Source: Nemertoderma westbladi (lineage: Eukaryota; Animalia; Xenacoelomorpha). Taken from it: a stretch of 46,813 bases of DNA. The position numbers were made by a program, and so were the translations under genes. The notes under the pieces were generated by a model. It was not told the origin of the DNA. It saw only the letters and a list, made by a program, of their open reading frames with translations, and searched no databases. The stretch covers positions 1 through 46,813 of the forward strand of contig JAUCBJ010009101.1 in NCBI GenBank assembly GCA_032718475.1. The letters are read 5' to 3'. Positions 1 through 10,685 of this stretch are shown one piece after another; position 1 is the stretch's first letter, and the number at the start of each line of letters is the position of its first letter.

Positions 1-1984
1 AAAAAACTAAGCAGCTTTATTTTAAACTTCATGGCCTTTATATTAATTAATAATAATTTATAACAAAACAACAAATAATTTTATAACTTTTTACATTTTT
101 GATAAACTAAAATGGGATCTGGTAAGATCTGTACAGATCAAGATAAATTCTGCAAAGAACTTATGATTCACTTCTTATTATCATTATTTCTTATTCTTTC
201 TTATTATTATCATTTTTATTATGATCTTCACATTTAGGCGATGCCAAAATGGACTTGATCTTTACGAGAATCGATAAGATCGTTATACAGTACAGATCTT
301 AGTAGAACTAATAATTTATCAAACTAAGGTAGAGAATTGCATACGTTGATCAAATTAATCATATTGACACAGCCTGCGGTCTCTAGTAAATACAGTATAT
401 GTACAGTAGGATATGCCAATATTGCAAAAGTTCGAGAGGTATTTGCCCGTAACTTTTTAAAATATTGGAACTTTTTCTCTAGTATGCCCATACAAAATTT
501 TGTTGAAAATGGTTAAAATCTTCAAAACTTATTTACGAATGTATTTTTCATTAAAGACAGATGGACAGACAGAAAGACGGACGCACGTACAGTACATGAA
601 ATTTTGCCCTATTTACTAATTATCATTGTGCGTTAAGGCTCGCCTTTACTGCGTGGCTCGACCCACAATCGCAGAAAACCATGATCACGAAATTTTAAAA
701 ATTACGTGTATCACCAAATTTCAGTTCCAGAACGAAAAATACCTGTTATGCCTCTGAACTAAACATTAGATATATTGTACTGTATGGCCTTAACTCAACT
801 CCACATCCGAAAAAGCGATGTAAATTAGAATTTGCATGGTTTTTGGCAACTTTATAATTTGCTTTATAATTTTTTATTTTGAAAAATCCTGACATAGGGT
901 GCGAGAAAGTGGTGAAAGTTAAGTGTAGTAGGATGAAAGTTGAATGTAGTTGGGTGGAAGTGGAGTGTAGTTGGGTGAAAGTGAGTCAAAGTTGGTAGTA
1001 GTTGGGTGAGAGGGAGTCAAAGTTGAGAGTAGTTGGGTGATAGTTGTGTGGAGAGCTGGATGTTCTGTGGGACGAGTCACGCAGTCAGGGCGAGCCTTAG
1101 CGCACAATTGCAATTAGTAATAATAAAGCAAAATTTAATCTCCGTCAGTTTACAAAAGCCCGCCTCTGTAACCTGCTACTTTCCCTCAAATGGTAACAAT
1201 CGTTTATTGTTTTGGTTAGAAAAGCCCGCCTCTGTAACCTGCTCCTTTCCCTCTATTGGTAGTAGGTAAAAATAACGTCATTCCCATCTTCCCCCATTCC
1301 GATCTCCCTACATTCCCTTCTTCTTACATTCCCACCTATCTTCCCACATTCCCATCCACCTTCCCGTATTCCCATCTTCCCATCCACCTTCCCACCGACC
1401 GAGCCACCTACCTACCTCTTTAAACAAATGTTGACCTATTTTATTTCGACTTTCCTGGGCACTCTGGGAAAGTTCACATTGGCTTAAAAACAAGTATTTT
1501 TTTTTAATTATAGAGACATAAATTCAGGCACTATAAATTCAAATATTCAAGCACTTTGTGTTTCCCTGTATGGGTTGTACATATCTTAGTTTACATATAC
1601 TGTATGTCGCTGTATATTGGACTTCTTGGGTCTTAAGTTAACCCTATACTGGGCTCCCTGATACAGTATTAAAGGTAAGAAAATTCAAAGTACAGTACTA
1701 AATTTGTATAACATTCGAATAATGAATTTATCATGTGTCATGTTAATGTGTCCAGATGTTGTGTTAAAGCCAGTGTGTTCTTCGCATATTTAACATTAGC
1801 CTATGCCTATGAGGAGTATTGTTGTTGTAAGATAAGTCAGGGGAAGGGAAATACAACTCAACCACTAGATAAAGCGGCTCTCTTTACTACTTTCAGCTAT
1901 CCCGGGAGGTTGATTGACCAGGCATTTCTAAGCTTTGATATTTAGCCGCTCCAGGTAGACTTGCATTAGGCAAATTCCAAGTGA

Positions 1985-2085
1985 TTTCCTAAAGGTTATT
2001 TTATTCCTATTAGGAACCTAATAGGATCCTATTAGGAGCCTAATAGGATCCTATTAGGAGTCTAATAGGATCCTATTAGGATCCA
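1985..2085. repeat. Quasi-palindromic 11-bp tandem repeat (CCTAWTAGGAN)n
   Basis: About 7 consecutive copies of cctattagg/cctaatagg with 2-nt spacers at ~2006-2084. Confidence 0.85.
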
Positions 2086-3244
2086 ATGACGTTATTTGAA
2101 AGCGTTACTGTATGATACATAAAGGATAATTACATAATTATAATTGCATTAAACATACTGTATAATATTGAATATTATGTCTATTAATTTTGAACGAATT
2201 ATAGCATTGCCATTCCCATAACAGAAGCTTCCAATGCGATTTCGTCGTTAAGGCTGTGACCCTCCTGTGTATCAATACCGTTTACATTAACACAGCGCCA
2301 GTTTAGTTTGTACTGTAGCTTCATTAGTTTGGAGTTTTGGTGCGTGGTATATGTAGACATCTGCAGGTCTGGATCGTTCGCCAATAGTCTCTATCTCTCC
2401 TTTGTATATTTAATTGTTAAATTCATCAATTATACTAGAACCAACCTGCAATAAATACAAAACGTTAGTTTGTTACAGTATTTCATAAATTCAGCAGTGG
2501 GTGCCAAATAAGAACATGAAGCTTTTAAAAAGCTCATATCTCAGCAATTCCTCACAGAAGTTCAGAGTTTGTTACTGTACAGTGTACATATTATAATTTG
2601 TGGAAGTTGGGTGCCATACAGTATAGTTTGGTGTAAGTTGGAAGCAGTTGGGTTGAAGTTGGGTGTAGTTGGGTGGTAGTTGGGTGTTTAGGCAGACCCG
2701 TAATCACATAATGACAATTGACCATACCATACCAAACTTTTACAGTACTTTTTAACTACAATATTTTGTTTTTTATTGCCATCTCTCTCATATTGTCTTC
2801 TTTGTTTTTATTTGGCTTGTTTGTTTTGGGCTTGTTTTGTTCACCGATCATTGTGCTGTGGCTGTCCGATCCTCTGCTACTTTCCCTCAATTTGTACTGT
2901 GGTTGGTGCCGTTAACAACATAGTTTATTGTTTTGGTTAGAATGCTGCCGATGTAACCTGCTCCTTTCCTTAAATTGGTAGGTAACAACAGCGTTTATTG
3001 ATTCCCACATTCCCACATTTCCATCCAGCAAACCTAAAACAATAAAAGTTGTGAAATAATTGTTGAACTGTATCAAAATCTAATTACTGTAATACATTAT
3101 GATAATGCTGTAATGTATTGTATAATAATTTCAGATCAGACAGTCAGATTCATAATGATGTAATGTAGGTCTACAAAACTTCTACACATTGACCTGACTG
3201 CCTGACTGCGCCTGACACTCGCTAATACTAAATATTCACTTCTT

Positions 3245-3478
3245 GGTGGCCTTTTGTGGTCTTTTGCTGTCTTTTGCTGTCTTTTGTGGTCTTTTGCGGT
3301 AATTCAGTAATTCGTCTTGCAGTATATCCATGCCTCCTATATCCTTTTGTGGTCTTTTGCAGTCTTTTGCGGTCTTTCGTGGTTTTTTGCGGTCTTTTGC
3401 GGTCTTTTGTGGTCTTTTGTGGTCTTTTGCGGTCTTTTGTGGTCTTTTGCGGTCTTTTGCCGTAATTCGTAGGACCCT
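3245..3478. repeat. 10-bp tandem repeat (GGTCTTTTGY)n, probably the subterminal array of a MULE-like MITE end
   Basis: Repeated ggtcttttgc/ggtcttttgt ending in gtaattcgtaggaccc, similar to the GGGTCC-type termini of other MITEs in this window; partner end not found. Confidence 0.6.
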
Positions 3479-3711
3479 TTAATTACTGCTGAATAGGGCT
3501 CAACAGAAGCTTCGGCTTCGGTTCGGTTCGGGCCGAAGTTTGGCAATTTCGGTTCGGTTCGGCTTCTGCAATTGATACTGCAGAAGCCTGGAGCAAACTT
3601 TGCTAAATATTCCAAGTAGTACATTGACTGATTGAGCTAAGACCAGAAGACAGTAAGACTAATCAATCTGTCCATCGTTGTACTAATTAATTTTGGGGTG
3701 TAAACGTTAAT

Positions 3712-3966
3712 CAGACACTGGTGCAGAGCTGACAGTGGTGCAGACAGTGGTGCAGTCGTGCAGACACTGGTGCAGACAGTGGTGCAGACAGTGGTGCAGT
3801 CAGTGGTGCAGACAGTTGTGCAGACATTGGTGCAGACAGTGGTGCAGACACTGGTGCAGACAGTGGTGCAGTGCAGACACTGGTGCAGACACCTGGTGCA
3901 GACAGTGGTGCAGACAGTGGTGCAGACACTGATGCAGGCAGTGGTGCAAACAGTGGTGCAGGCAGT
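3712..3966 (+). repeat. 12-bp tandem array (CAGACASTGGTG)n, left arm part 1
   Basis: Direct reading; the array resumes at 24559 after the LTR element. Confidence 0.95.
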
Positions 3967-3971
3967 GGTCT

Positions 3972-5222
3972 TGTACGCGCTTTTGAAGACCTTTAGCAGT
4001 TTAACCTGCCAAAATTTATATGTCTTTTGGTTTATAAATAGACTTTAGAAAATGACAAGTATTTAATACCAATAAACACAACATTAGCCGAAGCCAGCCT
4101 AGTGCGCATCCATTCACCCGCTGGATATACCCGGGAGACTGGATTCGGAGGGCTTAGATTGTTATTGCAGTGTAAGCTTACTGTATTATTCGATTGATCA
4201 TTAATAAATAATTTCTGACTAATATTATTCACTTTCGGGAAATATTAACAGTTCCTTTAGGACGTGGCGCTCTATTTAGGTAAACAGAGATATGACTTAT
4301 ACTAAACACAACGGTAAGTCGGTAAGGCTTATGATTCACGTATGAGGCGCATTCTTTAGGAAATGCTTAGTTATCAGTCACAATCATGCACACTACCGGT
4401 AACACACAATGCTGCACACTAATCTGCCGACCGTCAATGAATTTTATCATATATAAAGAGAACAGCAATTGACTCATGTAGTGCCTATCAAATAGCATTA
4501 AACTCACTACAAACCACGATAATATAAGTCGCAATCGCTATATGTAACCTGTCTCTCTAACCTGTAGTGTATCAAGAAAATTGGGAAATTTGGGTTCTTT
4601 ATAGATGTTCTCCAAATAATATTCAACCAACTGATACAAAATAATAACAACAGTAAAAGCATTAAGACGGTAGGTTAAGATATGATATGACAATGTATGT
4701 GCCGCTAAGACTGGACTGTGCCGAGTTGAACTGGACTGATAACAGTTATACGCTCTATAATCTAAGCCTACTAATGTTTCTTCTAAAGTCTGAAACGAAT
4801 TGACTCTAGAGCCGGTGTTCCTGGCCTAGATAGAAACAACACAACAGTATCAAGAAAAACAGCTACTGTCCCTAACACCGTTGCAGGTATCTTTTACACA
4901 GAGAGGAATAGCTCTCATTGGCAGAACACCAGATTCCACAAGTTCCACGAATATCTAAATGCCGAACTATCAGGAATTTTGCAACCCTTGGCCAACACAC
5001 AAAATGAGTCACTCCGCTCGGTTGTCCTGGTTGCATACTCTGCTGCTATAGCTCTGGTTGGCCGATAGAACATAGTAAAGAGCCCCTCGTATAACAAATC
5101 AGCCAATCAGTCGGTCGCTTTGCATCATTCGAGTTAGAGAGCTTTTTAGAGTATTCCAGCGCCTGGGGGGAAACTGGATTGCAAAGCAAAGGGGCCAGTT
5201 ATATCCCACAAAAGCTTTTACA
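3972..5222 (-). repeat. 3' LTR (1251 bp)
   Basis: Direct repeat of 23302-24553; by eye about 6 transitions and 2 short block indels. Confidence 0.97.
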
Positions 5223-5230
5223 CCGCTCCC
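5223..5230 (-). promoter_or_regulatory. Putative short polypurine tract
   Basis: Minus strand reads TTTTCT-GGGAGCGG immediately before the TG of the 3' LTR. Confidence 0.6.
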
Positions 5231-5300
5231 AGAAAATGGGATTTGAGTCTATAAAATATACACAATCACAGTTTCTAATATACGTAAATACTCTAAACAG

Positions 5301-5723
5301 TTAGTCTTTCTTACGCGGACGGCGTTTACGCAGTTTTTTAAAGCTAGCCAGAGTCCTTTTCTCTTTGGGGCGAGCCACTTTACAAGGAGGGCTATAACTC
5401 CTGGGTGAAGGGTGCAATATAATTGCATCAGAGGGTGTAGGATTATGGTCGGTGTATCCGCCAGTCGAAGTGCCGGGTTGATTGACATCAACGTCGGGGG
5501 AGAGGGGTCTAACGGCTTTAAGAGCTCGTTTTAAGACAGCCGCTCTTACGGGTCCTTTACGAGTGGTCTGAACGAGAGCCGTGGGTGGACCATAGGCAGT
5601 TAGAAACCTCCGGGGTTTAATGGTTCTTTCCAACTCGCGTTCGCGGGCTCGGTATTCGTAAGGCTGTCGATATACTTCCTGTAACTCGGGGTGTGAGTTA
5701 ACAAATAAGTCCTTTATATTCAT
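5301..5723 (-). CDS. ORF2 segment 3: 140-aa basic, K/R-rich C-terminal part
   Basis: Same frame as 5733-7094, separated only by TAA AGG AAT AAA; ends in KKLRKRRPRKKD (NLS-like or nucleic-acid binding). Confidence 0.65.
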   Translation of the reverse strand: MNIKDLFVNSHPELQEVYRQPYEYRARERELERTIKPRRFLTAYGPPTALVQTTRKGPVRAAVLKRALKAVRPLSPDVDVNQPGTSTGGYTDHNPTPSDAIILHPSPRSYSPPCKVARPKEKRTLASFKKLRKRRPRKKD

Positions 5724-5732
5724 TTTATTCCT

Positions 5733-7094
5733 TTAGTCCGGATCCTGACGGATAAAATTGATTAGGTTATATGAATGAAGGTCGCTAGGATTAACACTCC
5801 TGAGAAATTTGCGTACGAACTTGGTTGAAATACATTCTCCGACGCGCTTCAGTAGTTCGTAACTCGATATGCGTGATTTCTGTTCGACAGAAGCGAATAG
5901 ATAAGGATGGAACGCATAAACTCCTTCGTAAGCGCGTCCAGGATAATAACGATGGCGCGAATCACAATGTAAATCAGCATTCGCTTCCCAAGCTCTGATG
6001 TAACGTAGTGTGATCATTTCATCTACGCTTTCCAAATCGCGATTAAAAGGGCAATCGAAACTGGCGTGTCCCTTTAGTTGACAATGGTGACATTGAGTCA
6101 TAAATTGAGGGCAAACCGCAAAAATATGCAAGTTATTGAGTCTGCAATATGCGCAATAAATTTCCATCGTCGGTTGTTCTTGGAAATAGGAACAGCGGAC
6201 GTTTGCGTCCATGGGCGTATCATGGTCTCTCGATGCGCATAACCGACAACGTTGCCTAGAAACATAGTTGGCATGTCGATAATCGTACGCAGTGAGACAC
6301 TGTGGACCTTGATACCATTCTATGATGTAATCGTTGTCGCTGTTCCGGGGCGCGATAGGCTGAATCTCCTCAGATTCTAGACATATTGGTTCGTCTTCCA
6401 AGTGCATAGCTGAGGTGGGCGTGTCTGTCTCTTCAGGTGGACCTATTGTCTGAATTTCCACGACAGAATAACCTGTGGGGATTCGAGGTCTTTGTATAAC
6501 AGAGGAGTGCAAGTTCGATATACAAATCTCTTTGAAAATGGCGAATCCAGCGCTATCCAACTTCTCTGCAACTGAGTTTCTTAGGCTGAGCTTGGTCAAA
6601 GCGCGGTCTTTAAATTGGCTATCCACGTTGCGGAACGGGGTTAAAAATCGCCGGAAACATTCGAAGCGGATGAATTTATTATGTTCATCTAGCTTAGCGA
6701 GTTTGGTCCCAAGTATCAATGGATGGGCGCGTATAGTACGACTGCACACATCGGCTAGCCAACCGGCAAGTGCGGTGTTTTCAAAGATCGTGTAGATAGC
6801 TAAGGAGGGACGGAGTGGAACACTCATGAAGCTATACACGGCGCCAGGTGCGGTCAATGGTCCATCAAAGTTTAATCGAGAATAATGGTCTCCGTATACT
6901 TGTTGATAGTTGATGGGATATCCAACTTTGAAATTCCATCCGTATTCCTGAAAGGCAAGATGTCCGATGGAAGTTCGTTGCACCTTTGTAATGTTGCTAG
7001 ACGTATTAGCATACATGGTGCGGAAGAAACCTCGACCTTCTGCCCAGGGAGCAATCAGCTGAGTATCAACGAAAGGGTATGGAATGTTCTCCAT
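5733..7094 (-). CDS. ORF2 segment 2: C-terminal half of a DEDDy-like exonuclease domain plus three CCHC zinc knuckles
   Basis: FVDTQL, SIGHLAFQEYG and NFDGPLT...VY motifs; CRLCASRDH..C, CAYCRLNNLHIFAVC, CHHCQLKGHASFDC; the frame stays open upstream to the TGA at 7149-7151. Confidence 0.75.
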   Translation of the reverse strand: MENIPYPFVDTQLIAPWAEGRGFFRTMYANTSSNITKVQRTSIGHLAFQEYGWNFKVGYPINYQQVYGDHYSRLNFDGPLTAPGAVYSFMSVPLRPSLAIYTIFENTALAGWLADVCSRTIRAHPLILGTKLAKLDEHNKFIRFECFRRFLTPFRNVDSQFKDRALTKLSLRNSVAEKLDSAGFAIFKEICISNLHSSVIQRPRIPTGYSVVEIQTIGPPEETDTPTSAMHLEDEPICLESEEIQPIAPRNSDNDYIIEWYQGPQCLTAYDYRHANYVSRQRCRLCASRDHDTPMDANVRCSYFQEQPTMEIYCAYCRLNNLHIFAVCPQFMTQCHHCQLKGHASFDCPFNRDLESVDEMITLRYIRAWEANADLHCDSRHRYYPGRAYEGVYAFHPYLFASVEQKSRISSYELLKRVGECISTKFVRKFLRSVNPSDLHSYNLINFIRQDPD

Positions 7095-7148
7095 ATTCCG
7101 AAAGTCGTTTTGGAGATCTCCATAAACAGCTGAGCCGATTTTAAGGAT

Positions 7149-9434
7149 TCATTCGTTGAACAACATCTCGAGTACGGGCTGGGGTAACATCGATCCATCG
7201 ATACCCATGGCCGGTTTGCGTTCGGTGTCAATGACGTAACGCTGCGCGAGTTCGAATTGTCCATGTCGGAGATTCTTTTGTGTTTCGGTGAGAGTTTCAA
7301 AGGAATAATCAATCACGTCGGAACACGCTCGAGTAAACACGTGGGTAGAACCAGCTAATCCGCGTATGTGGATCATGCGCGTAGTTCCTAGTTCTCCGAC
7401 CGGAACGCTACCTTCATTATCGTAGGTGACAACTCCATACATCTCAATAACATTAAGAGTTTCATTCCACTCCTTGGTGGCGTTCTCTAGGGTCATCCCT
7501 ACTGGATGCCACAAGGTGGCGCATTGGTTAGCGTCAGGGAGATCACTATACTTCATGTGCCGAGTGGTATACGTCTCCACATTTCCATATCTTTGTATTT
7601 TCTCTTCTTCAAATAATACATCTAGATTCCAATGGACTAATCGAGTTTTAATAAATCCATCGAGATTATAAGGAGGTTCTATATCCTTCTCGATTCGAGA
7701 AATGTTATATGGTTTTCTAAATGAGTTTACCTTTACTAACTGATCCAGATGTTTCTGCAATTGTTCGAGTTCGACAATGTCTAGAGGATTTATTAGTGGT
7801 AGAAACTTTAAATTATGCGTCGGGTCTTCTGGTTTTACCATATAATATTGAGTCAGATTAACGTAATAAGGGTGGTCTTTAATCCCATAAAACGAGTTCT
7901 GTAAAGGTCTAGCGCGTATGTTGACATCGTGTACCATACGACGGACAAGATCCGCTCGATTGTCCGGAGGTTCAACGAGTATACCGTCAACACGAGCGGC
8001 CTCGATCGGCGGACGCTGTAACATAGGGGCGTCAGCGATAAGATTTTGCGATCCTGTACTGATATCAACCGGTTGAGGTTGTATCGTCGCGAAGAGTTTG
8101 TCTCCGAAATGTGGAATCATCGAGGGATGACGGATGGTTTTAGAGTAGAGATCCGTCATAAGGATTTGAGCTTCAGGTTGGGCTAAAGCGGCTTCTTCTC
8201 TCTCGTCCATTTTCGTGCGTTTCTCTTCGAGTAGATTTTCTTCCGCTTGTCTCTGTAAGCGTTCATCTAAAAATTCTTGTAGAGAATACGTGCGTCCAAG
8301 CTCGATGTCCTCCTCTAGGTTTTGGATTTCTCTATCGAACTGTGGCAAGGCTAACTCCTTCACCGATTGGACTTGTTGTTGTAATTTATGTTTCTCTAAA
8401 CAATCTTGTGTTCCCTTTCCGATCTTCTGTCGAATAGCGTCTAAAGCGTTTCTTATAACGCTCTCCTCAACTTCCGTGGCGGGTTGCATCGGGTTTAATC
8501 CTGGACGATTGTAAGGATCAAAGGGCGATATTAGCTGCCCGCGTCCCAATCCGGCTAAGTAGGATGGGCGAATGTCTAACGAACCCACTACCGGAGCACC
8601 ACCGATTAATTGTTCGGGTAACACTAAGTCTTTGAACAGGGAATATAGTTCGGGAGGATCAGTGATACTGTTAGGATCAAGAGTTTGAGGTCTCACTAGG
8701 GAATGAGGAGGCCTGACCGAGTATTCCGGAACTCTGATCATGGGTTTATTCAGTGATCGTTTAAGACGAGCGATCGTAGGTGGTACATCGAACAGGTTTC
8801 GCTCGAAACTCCCGTAAGTGTAACGCGTAAAGCTGTGTTCAGCGCAACATCTCCGCGGATGTTTATGTCTTTCAGTTTGTTGGTTGGGTCTAGGGCATTC
8901 GTCACAATAATACCAAAGACGTACGTCCTGTAGAGGAAACGCGGGTGATCGTTCTCCAGTTTTGCAATATTCTTCCATTTGTTCAAAACTATCCGGGATA
9001 ACAGGTAGTGGACGATCGGCGGTAAGATACATCATCGTGAAATAGAGCCATTTGAGTTCTACCACAGGGTCATGATGTATACCTTGAGGATATCGAGTCT
9101 CTAGGTTCTGCTGACTGGCGATGTTGAGATAGGTTTCTCTCAAAAATTCTAGGTATTCGTTGAAGTCGATGCGTTTATCCGGTTCCTCAACGTTTTCTCT
9201 TTCCAGTCTATTACGAATAGAATTTTCGTGATCTATTCTCGGTTTATCGTTACGACTCCGCTGGGTATGATATTTAAATAGAACCATTTCCCTCTCTGTA
9301 TCTACATCGTCCGTATCATGTAAATCGATAGGATGGCCGGTAGTTAAGAAGTCCATATACGTACCATTACGATTCGTATAGCGAGCGGTGAATTTTCGAT
9401 AATCCAATTCACGCGCAAGTTGCTCTTGGGACAT
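7149..9434 (-). CDS. ORF2 segment 1: 761 aa, Cys/His motif, coiled coil, N-terminal half of a DEDDy-like 3'-5' exonuclease
   Basis: Long open frame; CDEC..HKH..CC..H; E/Q/L-rich helical stretch; VVTYDNEG (ExoI D-x-E) and LPQPVLEMLFNE. Confidence 0.78.
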   Translation of the reverse strand: MSQEQLARELDYRKFTARYTNRNGTYMDFLTTGHPIDLHDTDDVDTEREMVLFKYHTQRSRNDKPRIDHENSIRNRLERENVEEPDKRIDFNEYLEFLRETYLNIASQQNLETRYPQGIHHDPVVELKWLYFTMMYLTADRPLPVIPDSFEQMEEYCKTGERSPAFPLQDVRLWYYCDECPRPNQQTERHKHPRRCCAEHSFTRYTYGSFERNLFDVPPTIARLKRSLNKPMIRVPEYSVRPPHSLVRPQTLDPNSITDPPELYSLFKDLVLPEQLIGGAPVVGSLDIRPSYLAGLGRGQLISPFDPYNRPGLNPMQPATEVEESVIRNALDAIRQKIGKGTQDCLEKHKLQQQVQSVKELALPQFDREIQNLEEDIELGRTYSLQEFLDERLQRQAEENLLEEKRTKMDEREEAALAQPEAQILMTDLYSKTIRHPSMIPHFGDKLFATIQPQPVDISTGSQNLIADAPMLQRPPIEAARVDGILVEPPDNRADLVRRMVHDVNIRARPLQNSFYGIKDHPYYVNLTQYYMVKPEDPTHNLKFLPLINPLDIVELEQLQKHLDQLVKVNSFRKPYNISRIEKDIEPPYNLDGFIKTRLVHWNLDVLFEEEKIQRYGNVETYTTRHMKYSDLPDANQCATLWHPVGMTLENATKEWNETLNVIEMYGVVTYDNEGSVPVGELGTTRMIHIRGLAGSTHVFTRACSDVIDYSFETLTETQKNLRHGQFELAQRYVIDTERKPAMGIDGSMLPQPVLEMLFNE

Positions 9435-9571
9435 CGGGGTTCGATATAACGACCATCGTCCTCTGTAATGGTGGGATCGGCTTCACCACGTATTAAGCTA
9501 TCCACAAATGCTTGTAAAGGTAGAGTATATCGCTCCCTAATACCAAGATCATCTTCTATCAACTCCGTCAT
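9344..9571 (-). CDS. Probable N-terminus of ORF2, offset by one frameshift
   Basis: 75-aa ORF overlapping the start of the 761-aa ORF; one extra C in GAA CCC CG ATG would fuse ...GRYIEP to MSQEQ... Confidence 0.4.
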   Translation of the reverse strand: MTELIEDDLGIRERYTLPLQAFVDSLIRGEADPTITEDDGRYIEPRCPKSNLRVNWIIENSPLAIRIVMVRIWTS

Positions 9572-10423
9572 ATCTGCTATCTGAGTTTATTAATATCACA
9601 ATGAGTTTATGTTTAGGCGAGCGGGCGTCGCTGCCTACCTCTCTTTGCCCCCGGACAGTGGGATTCTCAGCGCCGATGTACCGTCGTCGCGGTGTTTACG
9701 CCAACATGTAGCAACAGCACGACAACGATAACCGGCACAAGTCACTCCACTGTCCGTCCCAAAGGCTTGGATCCACTTGAGGTTCTTTCTATAGGAGAGT
9801 TGGGCTACTTTTGCAATTGCGACTAGCTACTGTAAACATACTTTAGCAGTAACATTCACCTATAAACGCACAAATTCCACACAACTGTCACCAATTGTAC
9901 ACATACAGGCCATTTGTCCATTAGTCCTGAATGAATAGCAGTTAGAAAAGCCGTTAGGCCTTCCAGAATGTCACGTTATTACTGTGTATCCTTGGATACT
10001 AACAGTGTGCTATGTATTCTCTATGCTATGCAATGGGACAAGCTTTCTATTGTTCTCTTAACTTGCTTCTAATTCCAGCGTGGGTGTTGCTATGGTGACA
10101 TTATGGAATGCTAGCGGTAGAATTAGGGTAATTCTCATGCATACAGATCTGGAATGCTATTTAATAGTAATTCTTTAATTGTCAATATCCTCTTTATGCA
10201 TGATTTTATTAATTTTATCGGCTATTGACTATAATATGTTGGAGATTCTCGCACTCTAATACACTCAATAGGATGAATCTCCGCTCCCATGATCTATTAA
10301 TTAATGGAATTTTGGGAATGTTATAAATTGCACAAAATGACAATTTATGAAATTCATTTATAATATGAATTTAAATTTATTCCCGTGAATTTTATTATTT
10401 GATGTTAAAATTGACACGATTTT

Positions 10424-10685
10424 TATTCCAGAGCATGTCTGGGGACTGAGGATCCTGAATTCTATAAAAATTGTCTTTTAAGAGTATCGGTAAGTGCAGC
10501 GATATCTTAATTGACTAGAAATTTTAAAGGATCTGAATTTTACAGATTTTAATAAATATTAAATTAATATTTAAGATGGGCACCGATTTATTCCAGAACT
10601 TGTCTGGGGACGTTAACCACTGATTCTAGAATTTGTCTTTCAAGTATATCGGTGGGTGCCACGATATCTTAATCGACTAGAATTA
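10424..10685. repeat. Two diverged ~100-bp direct repeats (period ~165 bp) in the pol-ORF2 spacer
   Basis: ttattccaga-N5-tctgggga...gtatcggt...gtgc..cgatatcttaatygactagaa at ~10424 and ~10589. Confidence 0.75.

Noticed and set aside
400-670. Possible Helentron-associated (DINE-1/HINE-like) element
   Set aside because: Only a loose resemblance (GACA/GACG microsatellite, short hairpin); boundaries cannot be supported
4032-4232. Short ORFs duplicated in both LTRs (66 aa and 63/67 aa)
   Set aside because: Duplicated only because the LTRs are; non-ATG starts and no motifs
7149-9434. env gene, suggested by its position after pol
   Set aside because: No signal peptide, transmembrane anchor or glycoprotein Cys pattern is visible; the motifs point to an exonuclease and zinc knuckles
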